A DNA stretch of 61,688 nt from Basidiobolus meristosporus CBS 931.73. Taxonomy: Eukaryota > Fungi > Basidiobolomycota. The notes under the pieces are model-generated. The model was given only the letters and a program-made list of their open reading frames with translations, was not told the DNA's origin and did not search any database. How positions within the stretch are numbered: the first letter of the stretch is position 1; each line of letters begins with the position of its first letter. The stretch lies in NCBI GenBank assembly GCA_002104905.1, contig MCFE01000530.1:1-61688 (forward strand), read 5' to 3'. The position numbers were made by a program, and so were the translations under genes. Below, one piece after another: positions 11,201 to 23,046 of this stretch.

Positions 11201-14200
11201 TCTTCTCCCCAGATAAATGGGGTATTCTTTCTCTGTAGTTAGTAGATTGGTTCTGCTATCTCAGAAAATCTTGGGATCCAGATCCTAAAGAACCCACAAG
11301 CTGCCACAAAGCCACAAGCTTGTGTTAGATTTGTGGGGGTAGGCCAGTTGCGTATCTTTTGTGTCTTGGAATCTCCAGGTTAACAACCAAAGGTGTTGCA
11401 TTTTTGTCCAACAATGGATATCTTTGATACACCAAAGCTGCTTTTCTCACCACTGATGGTGAGTCCAGCTTCTTCAATGGCTCCTAATATGGCATCATTG
11501 TCTGAAATATGGTCATAGACAAACTTTCTTACTCCAGGCATGACTTCAGTGGTGTACTAGGTTTTTGGTCCTTTGATGCCTATGTCATCAACAAAGACAG
11601 CAAGTTTCTCAGGTATAAACTGGTATAGCACATTCACCATGCATCTGTGGAACTGAGCCATGGAGTTTGTAGCCCATTGGCTGAGTCTTTTCATCCTTAA
11701 AAGTCCAAATGGTGTCTGTAGTGCAAACATATCTCTTGATGTCTCATCAAGGGGAATCTGGTCATATCCTGAGTAGAGATCATTTGTGGAGTAGATGGAG
11801 TGGCCACTAAAGCTTGCTGCAAAATCATCAATAGATGGAGGTATAGCAGCATCTCTGATAGTGACAGCAGTTGCAGGTTGCATGTCTTGAATGAAATGGA
11901 GCTTTCCATTCTTCTTTTTGGTCACAAACCATCTGTTAGCATGGGGTCCATGACAAGGTTCTAGGATACCAGCTGCTATCTTCTTCTTAAGTAGGTCATG
12001 CACATCAGCTTGGAGTCCTCTGGGCAGTGGGTAAGGCTTAAATGACCAGGGTGTGTGGGGCACTGTATGAATCTTGATGGGGTTTTCAACCAATGTCTTT
12101 AAAAGTCCCATCTCCTTGTCAATATATGAGAAAACCTTATCATGTCTTTTCATGGTTTCTTCAAGTAATAGTATCTCCTCTGGTGTAAGGTTTCCATCAC
12201 CAATGATAAGTTGCTTAAGTCTCTCAGGTGTAAGTTGTATATCTTCTGGTGTTTCTTCTGGTGGTCTAATGTAATCAGTAGGTTGGGATCCATCAGTCAA
12301 AGGTGTAAGTGATGGTCTAATATTCTGTTCTACTGTCTTGTATTTTGTCCAAACTATAGCAGTCTGCTCCTGTATACCTAATGAGCAGCTCCAAATGTTG
12401 GGGTGTATATTGTCAGGCTCCTCATCTTCTTCCATAACAAGATGTGTCTTCTGGCAAGCAGTATGTGTCCTCTTATTGTTGGGTGTTACACCACTGAAGG
12501 TTGACTGTAGTCATGGGTTGGATCCTTGTATGGTGTAGCATACTGACCCATTGGAATAGTTGGTAGTTGTAGCCTTAGTACTGGTTTCCCATGGTCTACC
12601 TAGCAGAAGGTCAAAGTTTGCCTTCTGGCAGATGAAGAGGGGAAGCCAGACCTTGATTCCTTGCACCTCAATAGGGAACTTGTGTACTACACCATAGAGT
12701 GGACTAGATCCTGAGTTTGCATCAGTCATGTTCCATCCAATATCTCTATCAACAGGCAGTAGCTCCTTGCTTCTAAGTGTCTTCCAGAAGTCTAGTGGCA
12801 TAACACAAATCTCCAAGCCACTGTCAATATGGCAGTCAACAGGGTCATCATATATATACCCTTTGACCACAGCAGTTGCAACTGAGTAAAAGGTCTTATA
12901 TTCAGTAGTGTTGTCATCCTTTTGGTGGTCTTCATGGTTTGTCTGAATTATATGGGTGTCCATATGTTCAACAGCTTGTTGTCTGGTTCTAAGCTGCTCA
13001 TCAAAGGTCTTCCTGACAGATGAGGATACACTCATGATTTCTCCAACCAACAAAGTGAGGTTCTGCTTCAGCAGCTTCTCAGTAATCAGTTGAGGGCTTG
13101 AGTAGCTTGCTATCTTTGAGGTCATCTGAAAGTGAGGCAATGGATCTTGGGTGGGCAGCATACTAGGCCTCTTGTCAATAACAACTTCAGGTTCTTTGAA
13201 TTGTGGACTTTTAAGGATGGGTTTGGCAGGTTCTTCAGGGAGGTGTCTTTTGGTAGCAAAGGCATCAACTTTGTATTGTCTGTTGTCAGGGCTGCTTGGA
13301 TTCACTTTATGAGTCCCAATAGGGACATCAACAGTAATCTTTCTGGTTGCTGAGTCAGATTTCTGGAAAAGGGCTCTCATCCCTCCTCTTTGGAAATTAG
13401 TGGGAATCCTTCTTCCTTCCTTGTCAGCAAGCATTCCATCAGCATCAAACTGTACTGCTCCTTCTCTGAGTAGCTGACTAAGCTCTGAGCATTCGTGTCT
13501 GGCATGCTGAGTAGAGTCACACCAGATTCAGTGCCTGGGCAAAGGTCTTTGGCCCTCAGTAGCAACCTCAGCTGAGCCATTAATCTTGAGGGCTAGCTTT
13601 TGTAGCTGTTCAGCAAGTTGGTCAATTCTGTTGGTAGTGTATGTCTGATTGTCAGCAGCAGCACTTCTTGGCTTTCTGGTTGACTGGTCTGGCAGATTAG
13701 ATGTCAGGAGTCTCCTAAAGGTAGAAGTTTGCTTTGCCTCTAGGAGAACACGCTTCATCTCTGCAAAGCAAGGAATGCCAGACTTGTCATCCTTGGCTGC
13801 ATGTAAGTCAACTTTCCTTGCCAAGTCCTGGGGAAGCCCTTGTGCAAGGTAAAGTGTCATGGTAAACTCAGTTATAGCCTGGGACTCTAGGAGTGGCTTG
13901 GCCATATCTCCATATTGTTGCATGAACTCTTCAAGTGGTAGCTTGGAAAGTCCAGTTATTCCAAAGTGTCTGATGTCTTCAATTCCATAGTATATCTGGG
14001 GTCTACCATACTCAGTCAGTAGGTAGGTCTTCATTAAGGCCCAGTCAGTGAGAATGTCTCCTTGTCTGAGAATCTTAGTGGTAATATCATTGGTGCAGTA
14101 GTAGGGGAAGTCTTCAGCCATTTCTTGTTCAGATAGGCTGCACATCTTGCAGAGCTTCTCCCATTTGAATATAAAGCTTTCCACATTCTTTCCATCAAAC

Positions 14201-15450
14201 TGTGGGGCTCCATGTGAGAGTGGTAATGGCATAGAGTTCATTTTGGGCAGGTAGGTTGGTGTTGTAATCTTGATAATATTGGTAGTCTCTTTTCAATAGG
14301 TGGATAACAGCTCAAATCTTCAGGTAAATCTTGTTGGGTCCTAGGGAGCTTGTATGAACCCCCCACATTGGGTGCCAATATGTGGTGGTGTATAAGTCCA
14401 AGGGAGAGATGCATCCAACACTTCTCAAGTGTTTTGTGTGTGGGGTGTTCACTGGGTGCAATAATCTCTGGCAAAAGCTTGCTAGGAATACTTGGGTTCT
14501 GTCTCTAATCTAATGTGAAGGGGAATAAAGCCACAAGCTTGTCAAGGGAAAACTCTTGAGCTACAATCCCCAACTTAGTTGGCGTCTTAACAAAAGTATG
14601 TGCTGGGTTCAGCGTCCTTTGAGATGACAATGTACTAAAGCTTCCAAATTCAAAACAACTATAAACTCCACCAGCAGGGACTTGATAAGAATGCAGCTGT
14701 GGTCAATAGTTACAAAGACAGAAAAGTATCTTTGCCTGTACAAGAACAAACTTGGGAAAGAATCAAATATAATAAAAGATACCTACTCTGAGTATTCCTC
14801 ACAGTTAGTGCCTCCAAGGTCAGTTGGCTGACAGCACGGTTTCCTGGGAGTGTCCTGTGGTCTGGGGTCAGAAGTTCAGGTAGCAGCAGGTAGCAGTGAT
14901 CACACTAATCTACAAGTCGGTATATTGATAAAAGGGATGATGATTTATTGTTGAGGGATAGCCTCCCTTATATACTTTTCTCACTGGCTAAGTGATTACT
15001 AATCATGGTGTTCCACAAGGTTCCAGATATCAATAAAAATCTTATGACATCAGAATGATCTAAGAATGTTCTAAGTATGTGCTGGAAGATTCCAAGAGGC
15101 ACAGCACATCCAACCAATCAGGAATCAGTATTCTGAAACCTGTGTAACATAGGGATACCCTATATGGTATGGAAATGATAGGGATGGTGATATGGGTTGA
15201 TCATGTGTCACAGGTACTGGTGTGGGTACTTGCCTAATATAGAAGTACTTATAGCTAGTAATCTTACATAAAGTGAGGGGTAACTTATGCAATAAGGTAA
15301 GCAAGTGTGATAGTCAACCGGCTTATGGGATAATACTGATTGGGTAAGACAAATGGGATAAAACTAAAATAAGTGTAGTATAGATAGAGGGAAGTAGAAA
15401 ATAAGGGAATGAGCACATCTGTCAGTGGGTGTCACTGTCACCCCACTACA
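8295..15450 (-). mobile_element. Full-length Ty3/gypsy LTR retrotransposon with frameshifts and stops
   Basis: LTRs 8295-9365 and 14381-15450 (~1070 bp; TG...CA; ~17 differences counted by eye). 4-bp TSD GCGC (8291-8294, 15451-15454). PPT AGAGGGGGGTGGA (~9366-9378). PBS TGGCACCCAATGTGGGG (~14361-14377). gag 13528-14241 (APQFDGKNV, CCHC remnant), protease CHIDSG, RT (NRWFVTKKK, DLYSGYDQ, VFVDD), RNase H (VDASPIGAGALL), integrase (YHPQANGMIER). It splits copia gag at TTATTGGCGC|TTG. Confidence 0.95.
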
Positions 15451-16582
15451 GCGCTTGATTTTCTTAATACTTCATCCAGGAGCCTTCCATATACATAACT
15501 TAAGGTCAAATCTTCAGTTCTGGACTGTAGGGCTGATACAAGACCCTGAAACCTGTCTGTCAGGCTATTAAGGATGGTAACTGTCACATCCTCTTCAGTA
15601 GTTGGAACGCCCACAGATTCCATTTCATCTACCAGCAGGGTAATTCTGTTAGATTTTTCATTTCTTCTCCTGGCAGCATCTTTGTAGTAAAGAATTTTTG
15701 TCTGAGATACATCTTCTTAGTAGCTGAACATGACTGGTAGGAGTCTTCTAATGCCTTCCAGGCATTCTTTGCCATTTTTGCTCTTGAGCATTGAATTAGC
15801 AATTTGTCCTTAACAATAAGGCAAATGCAGTTAAAGGTACTTTGCTATTTCTTCTGATACTTTAAGGCTTCCTCTCCCATGCTCTTAGGAGGGCATTCTT
15901 CTCCCATAACAATATCCCAGAGGCCTCTTTCTTGTAGCAGCATCTTCATCTTCACCTTCCACACTTGGTAGTTTTATTTATCCAACTTTTCAGCAGAGGA
16001 AAAGATTCCAGTAATAGCATTAGTAGACATTGCAGAGAGTGACAGCTTAGGGCTCATAACCTGTTGTAAGAGTCTTGGAGATATTGGAAGTGACTGGAAG
16101 AACAAGTAGATTATGAGGCTTTTACTTAATGATTTATTGAATGTAAAAGTAGTATTTATACTTTTACATGGTCTTGGCATAGCAAGCATATAGAGTAGGC
16201 TAAGGAAGGTCCCAAGAACATATGTGCAAAGTTTGGGGCTGCTTGGACAACTTTGAGAACTCTCATGTTCTGGGTACCTGGTATTTTGGTGAAAATATTC
16301 TAAGTGAATCCCAACAAGGCATTTGGTCAGTATTCTTTAGAATTGGAAGGTAATGATCTAAGTGACTAAGTTAGGTGAATGCTTAGGTGGAATTACAAAT
16401 TTTTACAACAATAATTTGGTGAAAAATATTCTAAGTAAATCCTGACAAGAAATTTGGTCAGAGCAGATTGCTAGTCAAAGAATAAGATTTATGTGACTAA
16501 GTTAGCATGAATATTTTGGTGATGACTTAATAATTACTACACTCTCACTTAGCAAAATATTCATGAGTAATAAATACATATT

Positions 16583-18014
16583 AGACTTGTTCCGTTGGAT
16601 AGTGCCACATTGAGCCATGAGTGCTGTTGTATCCAAGAGAAAGTGTAATAAAACTCTTGAATGGTTGAACTGAACCAAAGGGACAATTAAGTGCAGAATC
16701 TTAGAATTGTCAGAGAGTGGCGGAAATATTAGCAGAAAGATTCTGATCTAATATTGGTCTTGGATATAGCTGGGTTGGCTATAAAGACAATGATATTTGT
16801 TTGCTAGGCAGGCTAGGCTGGTGTTCTTTGGAGTGCTAGATATACTAGGCTTGGATAGAAACTAGAACAGAATTGTTGGATTCTTATTTTTGCTGAGACA
16901 GAATCTTAATTTTGTTGAGACACACACTAAACCAAAAGGTTCAGTAATCTTTATTTATACTTTTCTGATCAAGTTGAACTAGTAAGCGCCAAGGGACTGG
17001 ATTGATTGAAATCAATTTGGGTGTTCATAGGTGCATAAGATAAATGAAAATTACATCATCAATCAACTGATGTCTTGGCAACTGCACCGTGGTTGGATAG
17101 ATCTCAGATGGCTAATCACCTGGGAAGGCTTGGCAGATAGGTTGATAACGTAATGACCATTTGAAAATAGATCAGGTGTGATAGCTAAAAATAGATTCTG
17201 AGGTGGGATAAAATAAGCTGTAACTGGGATTTGTTATGTTTGGGTTAGGGAAAATCAGTTAGGGTACTAGATTTTCAAACGGAGTAAAATTGGCTAAGTT
17301 TTAAATGTTGATGCACAACAAGTGCCAAATGATGCCATAGTGTGCCAAGGAGGCCAAATGAGCCTATACTTGGTCACAGAGTGTGAAACACAGCTCTGCA
17401 TCTTCATGCAAAGCAGCCCCTGTGTTTCACCCATTGTGCTAGAGAAAGTCCATTTTTTGACCTTTTTTTTTGGATCAACATTGTTCAAGATGTGTTAGAG
17501 CCCAGAAGAACAGAGGACATGCATCTGATACTCCATACCCATGGCACTCTGAATCTAGCTCCTGTAGCTTGTATCATGTCATAAAAATGAATGGCACTAC
17601 CTTGGTCCACTGTTACTATCAGGCACTATATTTAAATATTAGCCCTAAAATAAAACCCATAAAGCACTTATAGTGCCTGATAGTACCAGTGGACCAAGAT
17701 GGTGCCATGCATTTTTGTGACATGATACAAGCTACAGGAGCTAGATTCAGAGTGCCATGGGTATGGAATACCCAATGCATGTCTTCAATTTTTTTGTGCT
17801 CTTACATATCCTGCACAACATTGATCCAAAAAAAAGGTCAAAAAATGAATTTTCTCCAGCTCAATGGGTGAAACACAAGGGCTGCTTTGCATGAAGATGC
17901 AGAGCTGTGTTTCACATTCTGTGGCCAAGTATAGGCTCACTTGGCCTCCTTGGCACACTATGGCATTATTTGGCACTCATGGCTCAATGTGGCACTATCC
18001 AACAGAACAAGTCT
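16583..18014. mobile_element. Foldback MITE (PHIS-type ends), ~347-bp inverted arms, ATT TSD
   Basis: ATT|AGACTTGTTCCG ... GAACAAGTCT|ATT (16580-16582, 18015-18017). Left arm is 16583-16624 plus 17326-17630, right arm 17669-18014, with a 38-bp AT-rich spacer. The terminal ~30 bp match the right end of the 1712-5114 element. Confidence 0.9.
16625..17320. mobile_element. Solo LTR (696 bp) inserted in the MITE arm
   Basis: TGTTG...CAACA termini with an exact 5-bp TSD AGTGC (16620-16624, 17321-17325). No internal coding sequence. Confidence 0.85.
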
Positions 18015-18017
18015 ATT

Positions 18018-18965
18018 GAGAGTGTGCAATCTGTAATAAGTGTATAAAACTCAACTCAGGGAGCATGTTTCTGAGATCTTTCTTTATTGATAGGTAGTCC
18101 AAAATGGCGGTTAATAGCTCCAGTATTTGCATTCCCAGCCTTATTTTGAGTGGCAGCAGATTTGGTAAAGTCTTCCTTGGGCAATCATTCAATGATAATC
18201 TATTTTTTTTGCAATTCAGGATAATATCCTATCTAAAGGCTTGTCTAACAGTCCATTGAGGTCATATGAATATATATAGCAATATATCTCATTGTAGATC
18301 TGAGCCCTTAATTGCTGGAATTTTGCAATTTTCTTCAGTAGTAGTAGTGCACCAACATACTATATTTCTTGATATATTTACATGTCAACTTGATAGACTC
18401 TCCTTCATAACCAGCTTAAGTAGTTACCAAATGAGTCTTTTGAAGGCATGGCCTTCTTCTCCACAGCAATATCCTTGTGAACATAGTCCTTGTAGCAGTG
18501 GTAGTCATCCTTAACTTTGGCAGAGCAATAGTGCGGAAAGTCTTTCTCCAGACTAGCAGAAAAGAATCCAAGGCAAAGTAGACACCAAGAGGACAGCAAG
18601 CTCAGGGCTCATAGTTGGTTGCAATATTTTTAGGAGTATTGGAAGTGATGTGGAGAACTAGAAGATTTTTATGTTATTTACTTATAGATTTACTGATCAA
18701 AAGTATGGTATTTATACTTTTGATAAGGTAGAGCAAACAAACATTTAAAGTCTGCTAAGGAAGGTCCCAGGAATATGTGCACAAAGTTTGGGGGCTTTTG
18801 GACAACTTTGAGAAAGATCATAATATGGGTGCCTGATAATTTGGTGAAAATATTCTAAGTAAATCCTGCCAAGAAATTTGGTCAGGACAGAATGCTAATC
18901 AAAGAATAAGATCTATATGACTAAGTTAGCATGAATATCTTGGTGACAACTTAAAAATCACAACA
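18018..18965 (-). mobile_element. Copia family B 5' LTR (18616-18965) with PBS remnant and decayed internal sequence
   Basis: LTR ends AATCACAACA. PBS-like GGGCTCATAG at ~18605-18614. A decayed zinc-knuckle-like YCCGEEGH can be read on the minus strand. Confidence 0.55.
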
Positions 18966-19599
18966 TTGTCTACTATGAAAATCTTTCTGACAGAAATATC
19001 TTAATATTGGGTAAAAAGTTTTTTTCCTATGTAAGTTGCCAAGATGCTCCAGGGTCAATATAGCTCATCTGAGAGTCCTTGTGTGTGTTCATACTGAGTA
19101 CAGATATGATTAGTCTACCTTCAGTGGTAGCAGCATTTTCTAACTCAGGCACTGCCACATACTCTCTTTGTTTTCAAAGCACCAGTCTGATATGTATCCT
19201 TTCCTTTTTGAATATATGTGAGAAAGGCTACTGTTGCCTTAGAAGAGTATCAAGTGCCTCCATTGGTAGCTCTCATTGCCTATGAAAGCATTTTCTCCTC
19301 ATGCTTATTGGCACTTAATTTTCTTGATTTCTTATTGAGGAGCCTTCAATATATGTAACTTAGGGTAAGATCTTCTATTCTGGACTCTAGTACTGATACA
19401 TAGCCCTGAATCCTGTCTGTCATGCTATTCAGGTGGGTTACTATCACATCTTCATCAGTAGCTTGTACACCCAGAGATTCTATCTCATTAACTAACAGGT
19501 GTTTGAGTTAATTTGATTTTTGAAGTTCTTCATATGGTGGCATACTTATAGCAAAGAGTTTTGTCCTAGATACATTTTCTTAACAGTTGAATATGACTG
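18966..19599 (-). mobile_element. Copia gag-protease fragment
   Basis: Minus-strand reading RLIISVLSMNTHKDSQMSYIDPGAS is homologous to the family A gag/PR junction. Many stops. Confidence 0.75.
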
Positions 19600-22500
19600 T
19601 GTTGTAAAAATTTGTATTTTCACCTAAATACTCACCTAACTTAGTCACTTAGATCATTACCTTCAAATCCTAGAGAATACTGACCAAATTCCTTTTTGGG
19701 ATTTACTTAGAATATTTTCACCAAAATACCAGGTACCCAGGACATGAAAATTCTCAAAGTTGTCCAAACAGCCCCAAACTTTGCACACATGTTCTTGGGA
19801 CCTTTCCTAACCTATTCTACATGTTTGTAATGCCAAGATCAGGTAAAAGTATAAATACTACTTTTCCATTCAATAAATCATTAAGTGAAAACCACATAAT
19901 CTACTTGTTCTTCCAGTCACTTCCAATATCTCCAAGACTCTTACAACAGGTTATGCGCCCTAAGCTGTCATTCTCTGCAATGTCTACTACTGCTATTACT
20001 GAAATTTTTCCCTCTGCTGAAAAATTGGATAAATAAAACTACCAAGTGTGGAAGGTGAAGATGAAGATGCTGCTACAAGAAAGAGGCCTTTGGGATATTG
20101 TCATGGGAGAAGAATGCCCTCCTTAAAACGTGGGAGAGGAAGCCTTAAAGTACCAGACGAAAGAACAAAGTGCCTTTAACTGCATTTGCCTTAATGTCAA
20201 GGACAAATTGCTAATTCAATGCTCAAGAGCAAAAACGGCAAAGAATGCCTGGAAGGCATTAGAAGACACCTACCAGTCATGCTCAGCTGCCAAGAAAATG
20301 TATCTGAGACCAAAATTCTTTACTACAAAGATGCTGCCAGGAGAAGAAATAAAAAATCTAATTAACAGAATTACCCTGCTGGTAGATGAGATGGAATCTG
20401 TGGGCGTACCAACTACTGATGAGGATGTGATAGTTACCATCCTGAATAGCCTGACAGACAAGTTTCAGGGCCTTGTATCAGCCCTAGAGTCCAGAACTCA
20501 AGATTTGACCTTAAATTATGTATATGGAAGGCTCCTGGATGAAGAATTAAGAAAAACAAGCGCCAATAAGAAGGAAGAAGAAAATGCTTTAATAAGCAAT
20601 GATAACCAACAAAGGAGGTACCCAAGACCCTACAAAGGCATCAGCAACCTGTTTTGTAACTGCTGCAAAAGGAAAGGACACACATCAGACCGGTGTCTCA
20701 AAAAGAGAGATTATCAGCCAAAGAAGCCTGAATATGGAAATGCTGCAACAACTGAAGATAGACTATTCATATCTGCACTAAATATGACCACAAACAAGGA
20801 TTCTCAGATGTAGTATATTGACTCTGGAGCTTCTCAACACTTTACACACCAAAAAGAACTTTTTACCCAATATCAAGAAATTCCAATTAAGAAGGTTTTC
20901 ATGGGTGACAATAGAACACTTGATGCAGTGGAGAAGGAAGTATCTAAGTAAACCTTAGAAGCAGTGAAGGAAGCCATACACTGACCTTTAAAGAAGTACT
21001 CTATGTACCAGAAATAGCCAAGAACCTACTCTCTGTAAGCAAGGCCACAGCAGAAGGACTCAGTTTCAGTTTTGACAATTCTGGATGCAGGATCACTGAT
21101 CAAAATGGTGCCCATATTGCTTTGGGCATCAGAGATCAGAATCTATACAAGTTGACTTATATTTCATTATATCTGGAAGCCAATATAAGTAACTTAAATG
21201 AAGAAACACCAATGCTTTGGCACAGGAGATTTGGACACATCAATTTTGAATATTTGCATAAAATGATCAAAGATCAGCTAATTTCTGGAGTGAAAATTGA
21301 TCCCCCAGCTAATTTGGAGCACTGTAAAGCCTGCATATATGGGAAACAAGCCAGACAACCATTCAAGAGCTCTGGGTTAATCAAAACTAAGAAAAAATTA
21401 GATCTAATTCACTCAGATCTGTGTGGACCTATGCAAAATTTATACTTAGGCGGGATGAAGTATTTAATCACTTTTATTGATGATTATACAAGATACACAT
21501 GGGTCTACTTCATGGAGAGAAAGGAAGAAGCTCTGTCTAAGTCCAGGGAGTTTAAAGCCATGGTGGAGAGAGAAACTGGTGAAGAAATCAAGAAAATACG
21601 CTCTGACAATGGTGGAGAATATACCTCAAAACTCTTCCTCCACTTCTGCAAAATTCATGGGATAAAGCAAGAGACTACTGTACCATACTCCCCACAGCAA
21701 AATGAAGTAGCAGAACAAGCTAACAGATCAATAATTGATATGGCAAGATCTATGATCCATGATCAAAAATTATCCTATGATTTCTGGATGGAATCACTTG
21801 CCACAGCTGTATACCTTAAAAATAGGAGTTATAACAGAATACTTCATGATTCTACTCCATTTGAAGCATGGTATGGATACAGACCAAGTGCAGAACATCT
21901 AAGAATATTTGGGTGTACAGCATATGCCAAAAAACTGGCCGGATATCAGTCAAAATTTGAGCCAAAAAGTGTAAAATGCATATTTTTGGGCTACTGCAAT
22001 GAGAGTAAGGCATACAGACTCTACAATACCAAAGCATAGAAGCTGATCAAGTCCAGGGATGTGTTGTCTGGTGAAAATTCAAAATTTGGGCAAGAAGCCA
22101 AACTGAGAAGGATGGATTGGATATAGTTGAGATTGCAAGGATCTTGCTATTATAAGCTCGAAGATTTTCCGGCAGGTTGGTAGGAGTGAAACTGGTGGTA
22201 AGAACCTGGGAGTGAGTGTTTCCCCTTCCCTTTGTATAAGGGTATTACATTTGCCTGTGACCAGGCCTTTGGGGTAGTCAATTGTTGGGCACAGATAGAG
22301 TAGAATGGGAGAAGTAAGTGACTCATTTTGGAGTAGCACACCCGGAGTAGATTGTAGGTAATCAAGTCATGTCCAGGTGCAGTATTTGCAGGAAGCTTCT
22401 TTAAAACTTTCTCCAGAAGCTTTGCTGAAACCAAAATTGGAGATGTTGGACTGCTAGATATGTTACCAGTATGGTAGAAAGGAGGAGTGGGATACACGGT

Positions 22501-23046
22501 TGAATCAAAGAATATAGGGGCCAGTTTGTCTGGTGATGGTATACTCCTTGCTTGGGGTCTCATGGCTTTGTATACTCTTGATATGGACCTTGTGGTGGCA
22601 TTCATATTTACTAAGGGCAAGGTATCCATGATATGAGCCCATAATTGAGTATGTTCAGTGATCTGTAGTGACTTGGAGTAGGAGATTGTGCTTTCCAGTG
22701 TTGTAAAAATTCGGAATTCTACCTAAATATTCACCTAACTTAGTCACTTGGATCATCACCTTAAAATCCTAGAGAATACTGACCAAATTCCTTGTTGGGA
22801 TTTACTTAGAATATTTCACAAAAATAACAGGTACCCAGAACATGAAAATTCTCAAAGTTGTCCAAACAGCCCCAAACTTTGCACACATGTTCTTGGGACC
22901 TTCCTTAACCTATTCTACGTGTTTGTAATGCCAAGACCAGGTAAAAGTATAAATACTACTTTTACATTCAATAAATCATTAAGTGAAAACCACATAATCT
23001 ACTTGTTCTCCAAATCACTTCCAATATCTCCAAGACTCTTACAACA
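19600..23046 (+). mobile_element. Ty1/copia family A element lacking RT/RNase H, with LINE fragment inside
   Basis: LTRs 19600-19948 and 22699-23046. PBS GGTTATGCGCCC at 19949-19960. gag (UBN2-like, CNCCKRKGHTSDRC knuckle) 19980-20813, protease, GAG-pre-integrase (LWHRRFGH), integrase (HSDLCGP, IRSDNGGEY, PQQNEVAE) to ~22090. The flanking 5-mers differ (GACTG vs TATAC). Confidence 0.9.
22086..22630 (-). mobile_element. Non-LTR (LINE) reverse transcriptase N-terminal fragment
   Basis: Frameshifted ORFs give APGHDLI...KAWSQANVIPLYKGKG..PGSY / PVSLLPTCRKIFELII...SQFGF, the classic pre-RT and RT domain 0-1 motifs of LINEs. Confidence 0.85.

Larger units (their letters stand above)
5507..16410 (-). 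mobile_element. Ty1/copia retrotransposon (family A), degenerate, carrying nested gypsy and MITE
   Basis: TSD ATAAT (5502-5506, 16411-16415). 5' LTR 16062-16410 (TG...CA, 349 bp). PBS GGTTATGAGCCC (16050-16061, copia tRNA-iMet-fragment type). gag from 16030 (KLDK*NYQVWKVKMKMLL). Protease YIDSGASQHFT (7453-8070). Integrase ~6614-7450. RT (RYKARLVAKG, HQMDVKAAFLNG, SLYGLKQSPRAW, LYVDH) ~5885-6467. Rest of RT and RNase H deleted. 3' LTR remnant 5507-5587. Confidence 0.9.

Noticed and set aside
5279-18970. TTGTC on the outer sides of the family B LTRs (5279-5283 and 18966-18970), suggesting one TRIM-like element with a ~640-bp interior
   Set aside because: The outer flanks are not contiguous sequence (LTR-C fragment on the left, copia protease on the right), so the match may be coincidence. 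Unresolved.
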